A DNA stretch of 63,991 nucleotides, filler included, from Candidatus Babelota bacterium (GCA_017999075.1; 7 parts of 7 records of this genome joined end to end with filler, not necessarily neighbours in it), one strand, 5' to 3'; positions 40,706 to 50,493 are shown, counted from the whole stretch's first letter. The notes: generated by a model not told the origin, from the sequence alone. Made by a program: numbers and translations.

Positions 40706-43285
40706 ATGAAAAAAGTTTTATACATTGTTATTTTATTTTTTATATTTAACCAATCCGTTTTGTGCGACAATTCCGATTTTAGAGTTTTAACCGGTTTTCC
40801 CTACGCTACATTCGGAGATTTTTATGGAAACGGCGCAGTTGCTGATATTGATGCTGATGGAATAAAAGAGTTTATAATCGGGGATAAAAGCGGATATGTG
40901 TATGCTGTTCAAAGTAATGGAATATCTAAATCAGGTTTTCCTGTTTTTTTAGGTGATGCTATCTGGTCATCGCCTGCTATAGCTGACGTTGACAATGACG
41001 GAAAATCTGAAATAATCATAGGTTCAAAAAATTCAAAGATAAATGTAATAAAATTTGATGGAACCCTGGCATCAGGATTTCCGGTTGAGTTAACTCAGGA
41101 AATCAGAGGAGCTCCGTCAATTGCAGATATTGATAAAAACGGAACTCCTGATATAATAGTTCCTGGACTTGACGGATATATTTATGTGATTGACGGGTCA
41201 GGTAGAAACTTATCAGGCTGGCCGCAAAGAATAGTTCCTAATACGGAAAACAGCGCATATAATTTTGATTATGGCTCAAGGACTACAGTACTGATTACAG
41301 ATTATGACATGGACGGATATTTTGAAATTACAGTGTGCGCTAACGGAGGAGTGTTTTCGATATTCAGACATAATGGAGAAAGAATTCTTTCAAGTAAAAT
41401 CAATGCAAGAATTGACGCGCCGCCAGCAGCTGCGGATATTGATAATGACGGAAAAATAGAATTTATTATTACAGGCTGGGATTATTACGCATATATTTTC
41501 AACATAGATTCATATGGAAAAATTGTGTATAAGACTAATTATCCTTTTTATTTTAATGAGCTGTTGAGGTGTCATCCTGCAATATATGATTTTAATGATG
41601 ACGGTCTTGATGACATGATATTTTTTATATTGACCAATTATAATGCGGCAAATAATCCCGGCCGTTTTCTTATTTTAGAAAATAATGCTGATTTTTTGTC
41701 GATACCGTATTCCGATTCTTCAGGAGTTTCATGTCCTGTTCTGGCAAATCTTGACAATGATACGGAAATTGAAATTGCAGTTGTTACTTATGGAGGAGAA
41801 CTTCAAATATATAATCATAACGGTTCTGCAGTAAAATATCAATATTCCATGCCTGGTAAAAAAACAATGGAATCAACGCCTGTTCTGAATGATTTTGACA
41901 ATGACGGAAAAATGGATATTGTGGTCGCAACTCAGGAACAATTTATTACAGCTTTGACTCTTGAAGGTTCTGCTGATTATAATTCGGTTTACAATTCAAA
42001 ATTTATGTTCACTCTTAACAATACCGGAAATAATTTTGATTTTTCTACACCTCTGATTTATGAACCGACTAATAACTTGATACACGACACTGCAGTTACT
42101 TTTAAATGGATACAGATGGAAAACATTTCCGGAGTGAAAAGTTCTTACAGATTAAATAATTCAGATTATTCTGATTCTGATTTTATATCGGAAAAAACTT
42201 TTTCTGATCTGACTGACGGGGAATACGTTTTTACGGTTGACCAGTATTTCAAAAATAAAAAAACTATGACTCCGGGATACAGGAAAATCATAATTGATAA
42301 TAAACTTCCTGAAGCTTGTTTAACTAAAACTAATTTTTCGGGCGGCGGAATAATTAATTTGAACGGAACAGCTTCTGATTCTAATTTTTATTGTTATAAT
42401 ATAAAAATTTTATCTTCTTCCGGGATTACAGTTGCCGATAATAATTTTTTTAATGTTGTAATAGATACAGGAACGCTGTATTCCTTTAATTCTATATATT
42501 ATCCTGATGATACTTATACTGCGTATTTAACGGTTTTTGAAACTGATACAAGTTATTTTTCATTTGATACTGCCTTGTTTTCAGTCAGAAATGAATCCGC
42601 ATTTGTGTCGCCTTCTCAAAACAGCGTTTTTAACGCGGATAATGGTAATATAAAAATCAATATACCTGTTAAAACCGTTGATAAAAATTTGAAATTAATT
42701 GTATATAAATGGGCTGCGGAAGATATGCCGGGCGAAATTTCTTTTGTTTCAAATAAATATATGATTGAAATTGATGATACTTCGGTAACAAAAAATTTAG
42801 ATATATCAATAAAAATTTTAGATTCGTTGCAGCAGGTGCAATCTGCGCATATGAAGAAACCAATAAGATATAATCCTCAAAATGTTAATAATTATTATAT
42901 AGCGTATAATAATGGAATAGACAGTATATGGCTGAATATAGGCGGCTATTATGATTTTTTTGATAAAACAGTGACAGTATCTTTTAATAAATCAGAAATT
43001 TATGCGGTCGCAATTAATCCCGGGTTATTTGTTCTTGAGTATAAGCTTCCTGTAGCATTGAATAAAAGGATTCTTCAGTCAGAAGATGATGAAATAATTG
43101 TTCAGAATATTTCAGGTTCTGCAGAAATAAGCATTTTTGATATTAATGGAAAATTAATATTAAAAAGCAATAAGAATAAATGGAATGGAAAAGATAAAAA
43201 TGGCAGACATGTTAAATCGGGTTTGTATATATTAATCTCTGAAGATTGCGGAGATGTGTTTAAAAATGTTATTTATGTTAAATAA
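40706..43285 (+). CDS. Secreted FG-GAP/VCBS propeller + Ig-like + CTD protein
   Basis: Signal peptide; SSPAIADVDNDGK.EI repeats; C-terminus IFDINGKLI...WNGKDKNG..V.SGLY.....VIYVK. Confidence 0.85.
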   Translation: MKKVLYIVILFFIFNQSVLCDNSDFRVLTGFPYATFGDFYGNGAVADIDADGIKEFIIGDKSGYVYAVQSNGISKSGFPVFLGDAIWSSPAIADVDNDGKSEIIIGSKNSKINVIKFDGTLASGFPVELTQEIRGAPSIADIDKNGTPDIIVPGLDGYIYVIDGSGRNLSGWPQRIVPNTENSAYNFDYGSRTTVLITDYDMDGYFEITVCANGGVFSIFRHNGERILSSKINARIDAPPAAADIDNDGKIEFIITGWDYYAYIFNIDSYGKIVYKTNYPFYFNELLRCHPAIYDFNDDGLDDMIFFILTNYNAANNPGRFLILENNADFLSIPYSDSSGVSCPVLANLDNDTEIEIAVVTYGGELQIYNHNGSAVKYQYSMPGKKTMESTPVLNDFDNDGKMDIVVATQEQFITALTLEGSADYNSVYNSKFMFTLNNTGNNFDFSTPLIYEPTNNLIHDTAVTFKWIQMENISGVKSSYRLNNSDYSDSDFISEKTFSDLTDGEYVFTVDQYFKNKKTMTPGYRKIIIDNKLPEACLTKTNFSGGGIINLNGTASDSNFYCYNIKILSSSGITVADNNFFNVVIDTGTLYSFNSIYYPDDTYTAYLTVFETDTSYFSFDTALFSVRNESAFVSPSQNSVFNADNGNIKINIPVKTVDKNLKLIVYKWAAEDMPGEISFVSNKYMIEIDDTSVTKNLDISIKILDSLQQVQSAHMKKPIRYNPQNVNNYYIAYNNGIDSIWLNIGGYYDFFDKTVTVSFNKSEIYAVAINPGLFVLEYKLPVALNKRILQSEDDEIIVQNISGSAEISIFDINGKLILKSNKNKWNGKDKNGRHVKSGLYILISEDCGDVFKNVIYVK

Positions 43286-43411
43286 CCGTATAAAATCAAG
43301 AAAATACTTTTTGAAAAACAGATGAAAATTAATTTTATATTTTATTGAAAACAATTTTTTTAAAATTTTATACGTATATTTTGTAAATTTTAAAATACTG
43401 GATTGAAAATT

Positions 43412-45682
43412 ATGAAAATGAAACATTATTTGATTATTTTTATTTTATTTGCTGATTGTTTGAATGCTTATCAAATAATAAATACGACACGGGCAGGAGC
43501 GATATCTGCTTTTACAGGAATAGCTGATGACGCGTCTTCGATTTATTATAATCCGGCTGGTTCGTCATATATCAATAATCATGAAATATATATGTTTTCA
43601 TCGGATATTTATGATTTTGATATCACTCATAATCAGATTTTGTATTCTATGCCGATTTACAAAAATTTAGGACTGGGAGTAGGATATGCTGGAACTGATT
43701 TCAAGGATAACGAACTGTCGTTTTCACAGGATAATTTTATTTTTAATTTTTCAGGGAAATTATTTAAAAATTTAAGTTGCGGATTTAATTATAAGACGTT
43801 TAGCGTGGATGCTGATTATTTGTCCATTATCAAGAATAAAGGCACATCTAATTCTTATGATGCCGGAGCTCTTTTTTTTAAAAATAATTTTAAAGCCGGT
43901 ATTTTATTTGCCAATATAAATGAACCTGATATTAAATATTCAGATGGGGTTAAAACCGGATTTGAAGAAAGTTATGTGAGATTAGGAGTTTCTTATAGTT
44001 TCGACAAACTGTTGTTCGGAGCTGATTATGATGACAGAAAAATATTATATTTCGGCGGGGAATACAGGGTTTTACCCAATATTATTCATATATTCGGAGG
44101 ATTGAAAAAACAATTTTCTCCTGATGATTCGATAAGATATTCTTTCGGGTTAAGATTTTCGGTGAAAGATTTATTCATAGATTATTCAAATGATTTGAAT
44201 TCTGATTTAGGAAATACCCATAAATTTGCGGTTGGGTATAAATTCGGATTTAAAAATTTTGTAAAATTGAGGAATAACAATGATGCAGTTATGTTTTTTC
44301 CACACTTGAAAAATATTTATGCAAATCATGATAACAAATATACAGAATTTATGATTGTTAATAGTTCAGATAAAACTCTTGATATAGGAATGGAAATTAT
44401 AAATAATAAATTTATTGATATGCCGAATAAAAAACAGGTTAATTTTAAACCTTATGAAGAAAAAATAGTTTGCCTTCCAATAAATTTCAATGATAAAATT
44501 TTTGAAATAAATGATTTTGCTTCAGAACAGTTTATGATAAATTTTTATTACAGAATAAACAACAGGGAATATATTGATTCAGAAAAATTTGCAGCTGTTA
44601 TTTTTAATAAAAATTCATTTTTATGGAATGAACCTGAAAAAATAGGAAATTTTATAACTCCTAAATCGTTTTCAGTTGTAAAATTCAACAATGTGCTTTT
44701 TGAGAGAATTAAAATAGAAAATTTATCATTGCCTCTTCCTGAAAATATAAACAGGGGAATTATATTGTTTGATTCTTTAAAAATGATAGGAATGCAATAC
44801 AAAAAAGATTCAATATATCCGTATAATGGTTTTGATGACGAACAAAAACTGCTTGATTTTGTTCAATATCCGGCTCAGACTTTAGAATTAAAAAATGGGG
44901 ATTGCGACGATTTTTCTGTTTTATTTGCTTCATTATTTCTTAATCTCGGAATAAACGTTAAATTAATAATACATCAGGAACACATTTATATTGCATTCGA
45001 TTCCGGAATAAAAAACATCCGGGAATTTGAATATTTGAAAAATAAACTGATGCATATTGACGGTGAATATTATGTACCTGTTGAAGTTTCGGCTCTGAAT
45101 GAAAGTTTTATTCACGCATGGATGATTGGAATGGAAAATTTATCTGAATCCGATTATTTTGTGATTGACGTTAAAAAAATATGGGAAAAATATCCTCCTT
45201 TAAATTTGAAGGATAATTTTAATCCTGATATGCCTTTTATTGAAAATTTGATTTCCGAATTTAATTATGAATATTATGAGTTTACAAAAACATTCATAAA
45301 TACTTCGGGTAAAATTGAAAATAAAACAGGTTCTGAAATAAAAAAAATAGCGGATGATTTGATTGAAAAAAAAGATTATTTTCAGGCATTGAATTATTAT
45401 CTTTTTTTATTTCATAACGATAAACGCAATGCTGCGCATATTAATAATATCGCCAATCTTTATTATCTTATAAACAATTATCAAAAATCAATTGATTTTT
45501 ATTTAATGGCTTCAGAACTTGATAAGGATAATCCTTATTATTTTGCTCAAATATCTCTGTTATATTATAAACTTAACGAAAACTATAAGGCTGAATATTA
45601 TTATAATAAAACTGTTTCGATTGAAAAAAAATATTTTGATAAATATATTGATTCGCTTCAGTTTTGGAATAATTCAAGATAA
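43412..45682 (+). CDS. PorV-like beta-barrel + transglutaminase-like domain + TPR
   Basis: AFTGIADDASSIYYNPAG, DLGNTHKF; YP..TL....GDCDD.S.L..S...G.....HIY..D, YVPVE; C-terminal TPRs. Confidence 0.8.
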   Translation: MKMKHYLIIFILFADCLNAYQIINTTRAGAISAFTGIADDASSIYYNPAGSSYINNHEIYMFSSDIYDFDITHNQILYSMPIYKNLGLGVGYAGTDFKDNELSFSQDNFIFNFSGKLFKNLSCGFNYKTFSVDADYLSIIKNKGTSNSYDAGALFFKNNFKAGILFANINEPDIKYSDGVKTGFEESYVRLGVSYSFDKLLFGADYDDRKILYFGGEYRVLPNIIHIFGGLKKQFSPDDSIRYSFGLRFSVKDLFIDYSNDLNSDLGNTHKFAVGYKFGFKNFVKLRNNNDAVMFFPHLKNIYANHDNKYTEFMIVNSSDKTLDIGMEIINNKFIDMPNKKQVNFKPYEEKIVCLPINFNDKIFEINDFASEQFMINFYYRINNREYIDSEKFAAVIFNKNSFLWNEPEKIGNFITPKSFSVVKFNNVLFERIKIENLSLPLPENINRGIILFDSLKMIGMQYKKDSIYPYNGFDDEQKLLDFVQYPAQTLELKNGDCDDFSVLFASLFLNLGINVKLIIHQEHIYIAFDSGIKNIREFEYLKNKLMHIDGEYYVPVEVSALNESFIHAWMIGMENLSESDYFVIDVKKIWEKYPPLNLKDNFNPDMPFIENLISEFNYEYYEFTKTFINTSGKIENKTGSEIKKIADDLIEKKDYFQALNYYLFLFHNDKRNAAHINNIANLYYLINNYQKSIDFYLMASELDKDNPYYFAQISLLYYKLNENYKAEYYYNKTVSIEKKYFDKYIDSLQFWNNSR

Positions 45683-45999
45683 CGCTGGAAATCAGAATTG
45701 TATTTTCCTGAGTTTATCAGTTCATAACGCTGACAAACTGATGAAAAAAGGTTGGGTTTTGCAAAGACATTAAAGTTTGAATTTCTCCTCATCAGGATTA
45801 TTCCAATAGTAAAACCCATACGGCTCGAAACAAAATATTTCAACATTTCAAACTTGTGGTAAAATCGTGCAGGATTTTCCGCAAGGTATTCATTCTATAG
45901 GCAGATATTTGAAATAAAAATTGAGGATTTATATTTATTGTCTTGAAATCTGGGAAAAAGTGTGGTATAGTAAAAAGAAAAAAAATTGGGAGCAAGCAA

Positions 46000-46203
46000 G
46001 TGCCGGAAATAAGCAGATTTTATGGAATATCTATAAAAATGCTTTTTGATGATCATGCTCCGCCGTATTTTCATGTGATATATAATGAATACAAAGCAAT
46101 TATTACGATAAATGATTTTAGAATGATAAAAGGAGATTTTAAAATGTCTTGTCTGTGTTTTCAAACAAACCGGACAAACATTGAAAAAACAGTGATAATT
46201 TAA
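46000..46203 (+). pseudogene. DUF4160 family (TA-associated) gene, C-terminally disrupted
   Basis: GTG start MPEISRFYGISIKM.FDDHAPP.FHV.Y; family pattern lost after IKGD; promoter TTGAAA-N17-TATAGT at 45943-45971. Confidence 0.7.
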
Positions 46204-46221
46204 GGAAGATTTCGAGAAAAA

Positions 46222-46347
46222 ATGAGTTCTGAAAAAACAGAAGAAATGAAAAAATCTATTCCTATTTATGCAGTTCTAACTAAACCTGACGGATTTTCTA
46301 CGATATACGATGTGATAAAAGATATTGAAACAGGAAATAAACAATGA
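46222..46347 (+). CDS. 41-aa hypothetical peptide coupled to recombinase
   Basis: MSSEKTEEMKKSIPIYAVLTKPDGFSTIYDVIKDIETGNKQ*; ATGA overlap with 46344. Confidence 0.45.
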   Translation: MSSEKTEEMKKSIPIYAVLTKPDGFSTIYDVIKDIETGNKQ

Positions 46348-46925
46348 GGAAGAAAACAGATAATTCTCAAAAATGCTTATTCGATGATGAAATTAAATTT
46401 CTGCTCGATTCAATCGAAAACATTGAGGATAGAGCTGCAATCGAATTCGGTCTTGAAACTGGTTTCCGTGCCTCTGATATAATCGGAATCATAACTTCAA
46501 ACATTGACTTTGAACATCAGTTCATAAAAGTTTGGGATGAAAAAAAAGACGAATGGAGAACAGTCGTATTCCCTAAATCAACAGGAAACATTTTAAAAAT
46601 GTATCTGAACGCGCGGAAGAAGAACGGACAAAAACTTTTTCCATATTCCGAAAAAACATTGCAGCGTAAACTTCAGGATTACTGCCGCAAAGCGAACATC
46701 AGGGCAATAAAAAAATCAAAGACCGGAACATCCGTCGGCTGGCACTGGCTCCGCCATACTTTCATCCGACGTTCTCAAATGTTCGGCCGTGATATTAAAC
46801 TTGTTCAGCAGAATACAGGCGACACAATCGAAACCATCCTGAAATATTACAGGGATTTATCAATCGAAGATCGTATAAAAGAAATGGAATCAAAACCAAT
46901 TTATGGATTTGAAAATAAAAGTTGA
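46344..46925 (+). CDS. Short tyrosine recombinase (catalytic domain only)
   Basis: ETGFRASD (R), HWLRHT (HxxR), LKYY (Y). Confidence 0.85.
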   Translation: MRKKTDNSQKCLFDDEIKFLLDSIENIEDRAAIEFGLETGFRASDIIGIITSNIDFEHQFIKVWDEKKDEWRTVVFPKSTGNILKMYLNARKKNGQKLFPYSEKTLQRKLQDYCRKANIRAIKKSKTGTSVGWHWLRHTFIRRSQMFGRDIKLVQQNTGDTIETILKYYRDLSIEDRIKEMESKPIYGFENKS

Positions 46926-46949
46926 CATTACCCATAAAATAAATATAAT
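46922..46949 (+). promoter_or_regulatory. Consensus sigma70 promoter
   Basis: TTGACA-N16-TATAAT upstream of 46986. Confidence 0.65.
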
Positions 46950-46985
46950 ATAATAAAATTTTAATTTTCTGGGGTATGGTTTTTT

Positions 46986-47315
46986 ATGTCGATTCTTGAT
47001 GTGATGAAAGAGGAAATTGAAAATAAAACTGAATGGATCAGTTTGATGAAAGAAGAATTGCTTACAAAAGCAACTTTGAAAGTCAAGAAACCATATAACA
47101 AAAAGTATTATTATTTGCATTATTACGACAATGGAAAAACAGTTGATAAATATTTAGGTCAGTTGTCAGATGAAGAAGCTGCGGACCTGAAACATAAAAT
47201 ATCAGTTATGAAAAAACAGAAAAAGAAAGTTCCGGTTGTAAAAAATGAAATTAAATTTTTAAAAAAGGTTTTTGAATACGCAAAAAAAATCGATAAAAAA
47301 GGACTTGAAGTTTGA
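46986..47315 (+). CDS. DUF6788-like small basic protein
   Basis: K..YYYL.YY.NGK....YLG core flanked by coiled coils. Confidence 0.6.
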   Translation: MSILDVMKEEIENKTEWISLMKEELLTKATLKVKKPYNKKYYYLHYYDNGKTVDKYLGQLSDEEAADLKHKISVMKKQKKKVPVVKNEIKFLKKVFEYAKKIDKKGLEV

Positions 47316-47392
47316 ATCAGTTAGAACAGTTTAATAATATTATTAATTTTTTGAAAGAACATAATATGCACGATAAAGTCATTATTGCCGGA
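47312..47392 (+). CDS. Possible GSU2403-type nucleotidyltransferase N-terminus, truncated
   Basis: TTGA overlap; MNQLEQFNNIINFLKEHNMHDKVIIAG resembles the NTase start preceding G[SG]W. Confidence 0.4.
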
Positions 47393-47510
47393 NNNNNNNN
47401 NNNNNNNNNNNNNNNNNNNNNNNNNNNNNNNNNNNNTTAATTAATTAANNNNNNNNNNNNNNNNNNNNNNNNNNNNNNNNNNNNNNNNNNNNCTTATAGA
47501 GAGGCATAAA

Positions 47511-48443
47511 ATGATATTAAAACAAATTTTATTAACATTTATTTGCGGATTAATATTTTTTATTGCGCCTGCGCAGGCAGAAAAAACAACTGTTTCCGGT
47601 TTGTTTTTAAATGTTCCGGTCGGAGCAAAACCTACTGCGCTCGGCGGAGCTTATACTTCGATAGCCGAGGGCGTTTATGGATTATACTGGAATCCTGCGG
47701 GCATCGGCAAGACAGAAAATTACGAAGTGATGTTCAGTCACAATAATTATATGCTTGATGTGAATCAGCATTTTATCGGTGTTACAAAAAAAATAAAAAA
47801 CACACAGCATAATATCGGTTTGAGTGTGAATATATTTGATAACGGAAAGTTCGAAGGAACCCTTATAACAGATGCTATCAACCATCAGAACACAGGTGAT
47901 TTTACTTCAAAGGATTATGTTGTTGGCTTGACATACGGCACTGATTGGATTAAGAAATTCAATTTCGGAGTTACATTGAAATTTATAAATTCCAAAATTG
48001 GCGATGCAAATGCAAACGGATTCGGTTTTGATATCGGTTGGATATATAACCGGGAAATAAAGGACATTCCATTTTACTTCGGATTTACAGTAAACAATAT
48101 CGGTTCAAAGTTAAAGTTTGACAGAGAAAAAGAGTATTTGCCGCTGACAGCAAAATGCGGGATATCCGCCAAAATTGATATTGCTGAAAAAATTGCATTA
48201 AAACCAACGATTGATAATATTTTGATGGATGAAGATAAATACCGTTTATCCGGCGGCGTTGAGATTCAAGTTATGGAAAATTATTTTATCCGCTGCGGTT
48301 ATGACGCATTCAATGAAATATCGTCAGGATTAACGCTTGGCTTCGGCGTATCATTTAATAAAAAACTCGAACTTGATTATTCATACAGCAATTACGATGT
48401 ATTAAGCAGCGCGCACAAATTCAGCGTCGTATATAAATTTTAA
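47511..48443 (+). CDS. PorV/PorQ family outer-membrane barrel
   Basis: FLNVPVGAKPTALGGAY, YWNPAG, G.GFDIG, LDYSY.....L...HKFS..YKF. Confidence 0.85.
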   Translation: MILKQILLTFICGLIFFIAPAQAEKTTVSGLFLNVPVGAKPTALGGAYTSIAEGVYGLYWNPAGIGKTENYEVMFSHNNYMLDVNQHFIGVTKKIKNTQHNIGLSVNIFDNGKFEGTLITDAINHQNTGDFTSKDYVVGLTYGTDWIKKFNFGVTLKFINSKIGDANANGFGFDIGWIYNREIKDIPFYFGFTVNNIGSKLKFDREKEYLPLTAKCGISAKIDIAEKIALKPTIDNILMDEDKYRLSGGVEIQVMENYFIRCGYDAFNEISSGLTLGFGVSFNKKLELDYSYSNYDVLSSAHKFSVVYKF

Positions 48444-48949
48444 CCTGAATTTGTGCCTGATAAAGAATCGTCACTTTTGATTTTATATAATCTTCTTGAA
48501 AAACGAAAAAGTGCGAAAAAGTGCCGCAAAAAAAATAAATCTCGAAATGTCCAGCTTAGAACTGCTCATTCTAAAAACATAATGAAGAAATTTAGGAATT
48601 TTTTTAGGAAATTCTCCTGTTTTTTTAAATTTGGAGAAATACTTTTTTAAAATTGTATGAGTTTGATGAAAATATTTTAAAATTTCGGGGTTAATTTTAA
48701 AATTTTTAAGATATTTTATAAGATTATTGTCTTGAGATAATAATAATTTGTTTCTAATATTGAATCTGTGCCGTTCAATTGTTTGCAATGATAAACTTAA
48801 ATTTTCAGCAAATTTTTTGAAGAAAATTCTTTAATATATACTTACCCCAACAAACCCTAAATTAAAAAAAGTATCAAGTAAATCATTATGGGTAAAAGCA
48901 GCCTAGCCGTAAGCACTAGGGACAGGATGAAGTCAGATGAAGGTATGCT

Positions 48950-49324
48950 TCATTTTCGTATATATTTTACATTCCGTAATTTTTCAAAATATTCGTCCTG
49001 AGTCCATAAAATTGCGTCATATTTTAATGTTACAGCATAAATTATACTATCAGCCATTGGAATTTTATTTTTATAACTGATTTTTGCTGCTGATAATGAT
49101 ATAGTATCATCAATATTTTCAATTTTATATTTTTGAAATTGACCTATAGTTTCTAATGCTTTGTCTTCTCCTGCTTCTATTAGTACTTTTTTAAAAACTT
49201 CGTATATTATTACGACAGGAACAATGATCAATTTACTTTTATCTAATATTGGTTTGGAGAAAAAATCAGCATTTTTTCCATCCGTAAAATATTCAAGCCA
49301 ACCAGATGTATCTATAATATTCAT
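48950..49324 (-). CDS. vapC: VapC (PIN domain) toxin
   Basis: IIDTSGWLEYF, YEVFK, MADSIIYA, WTQD. Confidence 0.9.
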   Translation of the reverse strand: MNIIDTSGWLEYFTDGKNADFFSKPILDKSKLIIVPVVIIYEVFKKVLIEAGEDKALETIGQFQKYKIENIDDTISLSAAKISYKNKIPMADSIIYAVTLKYDAILWTQDEYFEKLRNVKYIRK

Positions 49325-49527
49325 ATTCTATCGTCTTCTCTTTCAACATCTGTAGTGATTCCTTTGAGAAATCCTCTCATGGATTTTATGCTTTTTTCTA
49401 ATACCATTTCGATCCTTCCCTCAAAAGGAATCATAATTATTTTTTGGCCTGGATGCAATTCATATTTTTTGCGGATTTCTTTTGGAATAACAACTTGATA
49501 TTTTGGTGATATCGCGACAGTATTCAT
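49321..49527 (-). CDS. AbrB/MazE/SpoVT antitoxin
   Basis: ISPKYQVVIPKEIR..L.PGQ; ATGA overlap with the toxin; promoter TTGACA-N16-TATAAT at 49588-49561. Confidence 0.9.
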   Translation of the reverse strand: MNTVAISPKYQVVIPKEIRKKYELHPGQKIIMIPFEGRIEMVLEKSIKSMRGFLKGITTDVEREDDRI

Positions 49528-49856
49528 ATTATCTCCTATCGATAATTATATTTTACTACGATTATAATATCGAACATTAATTTGTCAAACGTTTTTTCTA
49601 AAACACATGGCAGTTACCGCATTTTTAGTTCTACCAAAAAGTTACGACTAAGCAGCCATCATAAAGCATCTGCCTTTTTTCATTTTTCCAATATTCCCCA
49701 TCACAAACAATCATCAATTTCTTTTTCGCGCTGAGCCGCCGCTTTTGTTACTTTTCAAATTTTACAGCCATAAACTTTTTTAATATTTCTATATTATATT
49801 TATAAAAATTACCTGATTTCAAGATTAATTTTAAAGAAAAATGTCTGATGTCTGTG

Positions 49857-49878
49857 TACGGCACTTTTTTCCTTTTTC
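49857..49878 (-). repeat. Left copy of 22-bp inverted repeat
   Basis: Reverse complement GAAAAAGGAAAAAAGTGCCGTA matches 54840-54861 at 21/22. Confidence 0.8.
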
Positions 49879-49944
49879 TGGCACTTTTTCACCTACAAAA
49901 TAATTTTCTTGAAAAAAATAAAATTGTAAGAGATAATATTTGAT

Positions 49945-50493
49945 ATGAAAAAAATAACTTGCGGTTTACAAAATTTTGAAACTGTAATAAAAGAAAATTT
50001 TTATTATGTAGATAAGACAAAGTATATAGAACTACTCGAAAATTCTAATGAACGATATCATATATTTCTAGGTTCGTGTAAATTCGGCAAGAGCTTATGG
50101 GTTGTTATGATGGACTATTATTACAGTATCCGTCATAAAGATAAGTTTGATAAACTTTTCGGTGAACTTTATATCGGTAAAAATCCCACGTCTTTAAGAA
50201 ATTCATATTATGTTTTGAATACACTCAAAAGCGGATATGAAATAGAAAACGGTTATGTTGATATAATGCTCTGGCGCAGATATCTTGAAATAACTTACGA
50301 ACTGATGTTTGAAATAAAATATCTGCATAAAAAAAAAGCGACTGAAAACGCGATACAAACCAAACTTTCAAATGCGCGTGAGCAAATCCAAAATTACTGC
50401 AAAGCAATAGAATTCGAAAACAAACCATTCTTGCGTAAATATGCGCTTGTCATTGTCGACGATGCAATAGAAATTGCAACAAAAATTAAATGA
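49945..50493 (+). pseudogene. AAA-ATPase-like / PD-(D/E)xK nuclease gene with large internal deletion
   Basis: N-part G.QNFE.V....YYVDKT.YI with degraded Walker A (LGSCKFGKS) fused directly to E.ENGYVDI...FEIKY...A.EQI..Y. Confidence 0.75.

Noticed and set aside
45658-45900. Possible decayed gene on the minus strand
   Set aside because: Protein-like fragments in shifting frames but no family I can support.
48453-48788. Overlapping short ORFs 48453-48650 and 48483-48788
   Set aside because: Low-complexity AT-rich translations with no motifs; likely spurious, as are the many antisense ORFs inside long genes.
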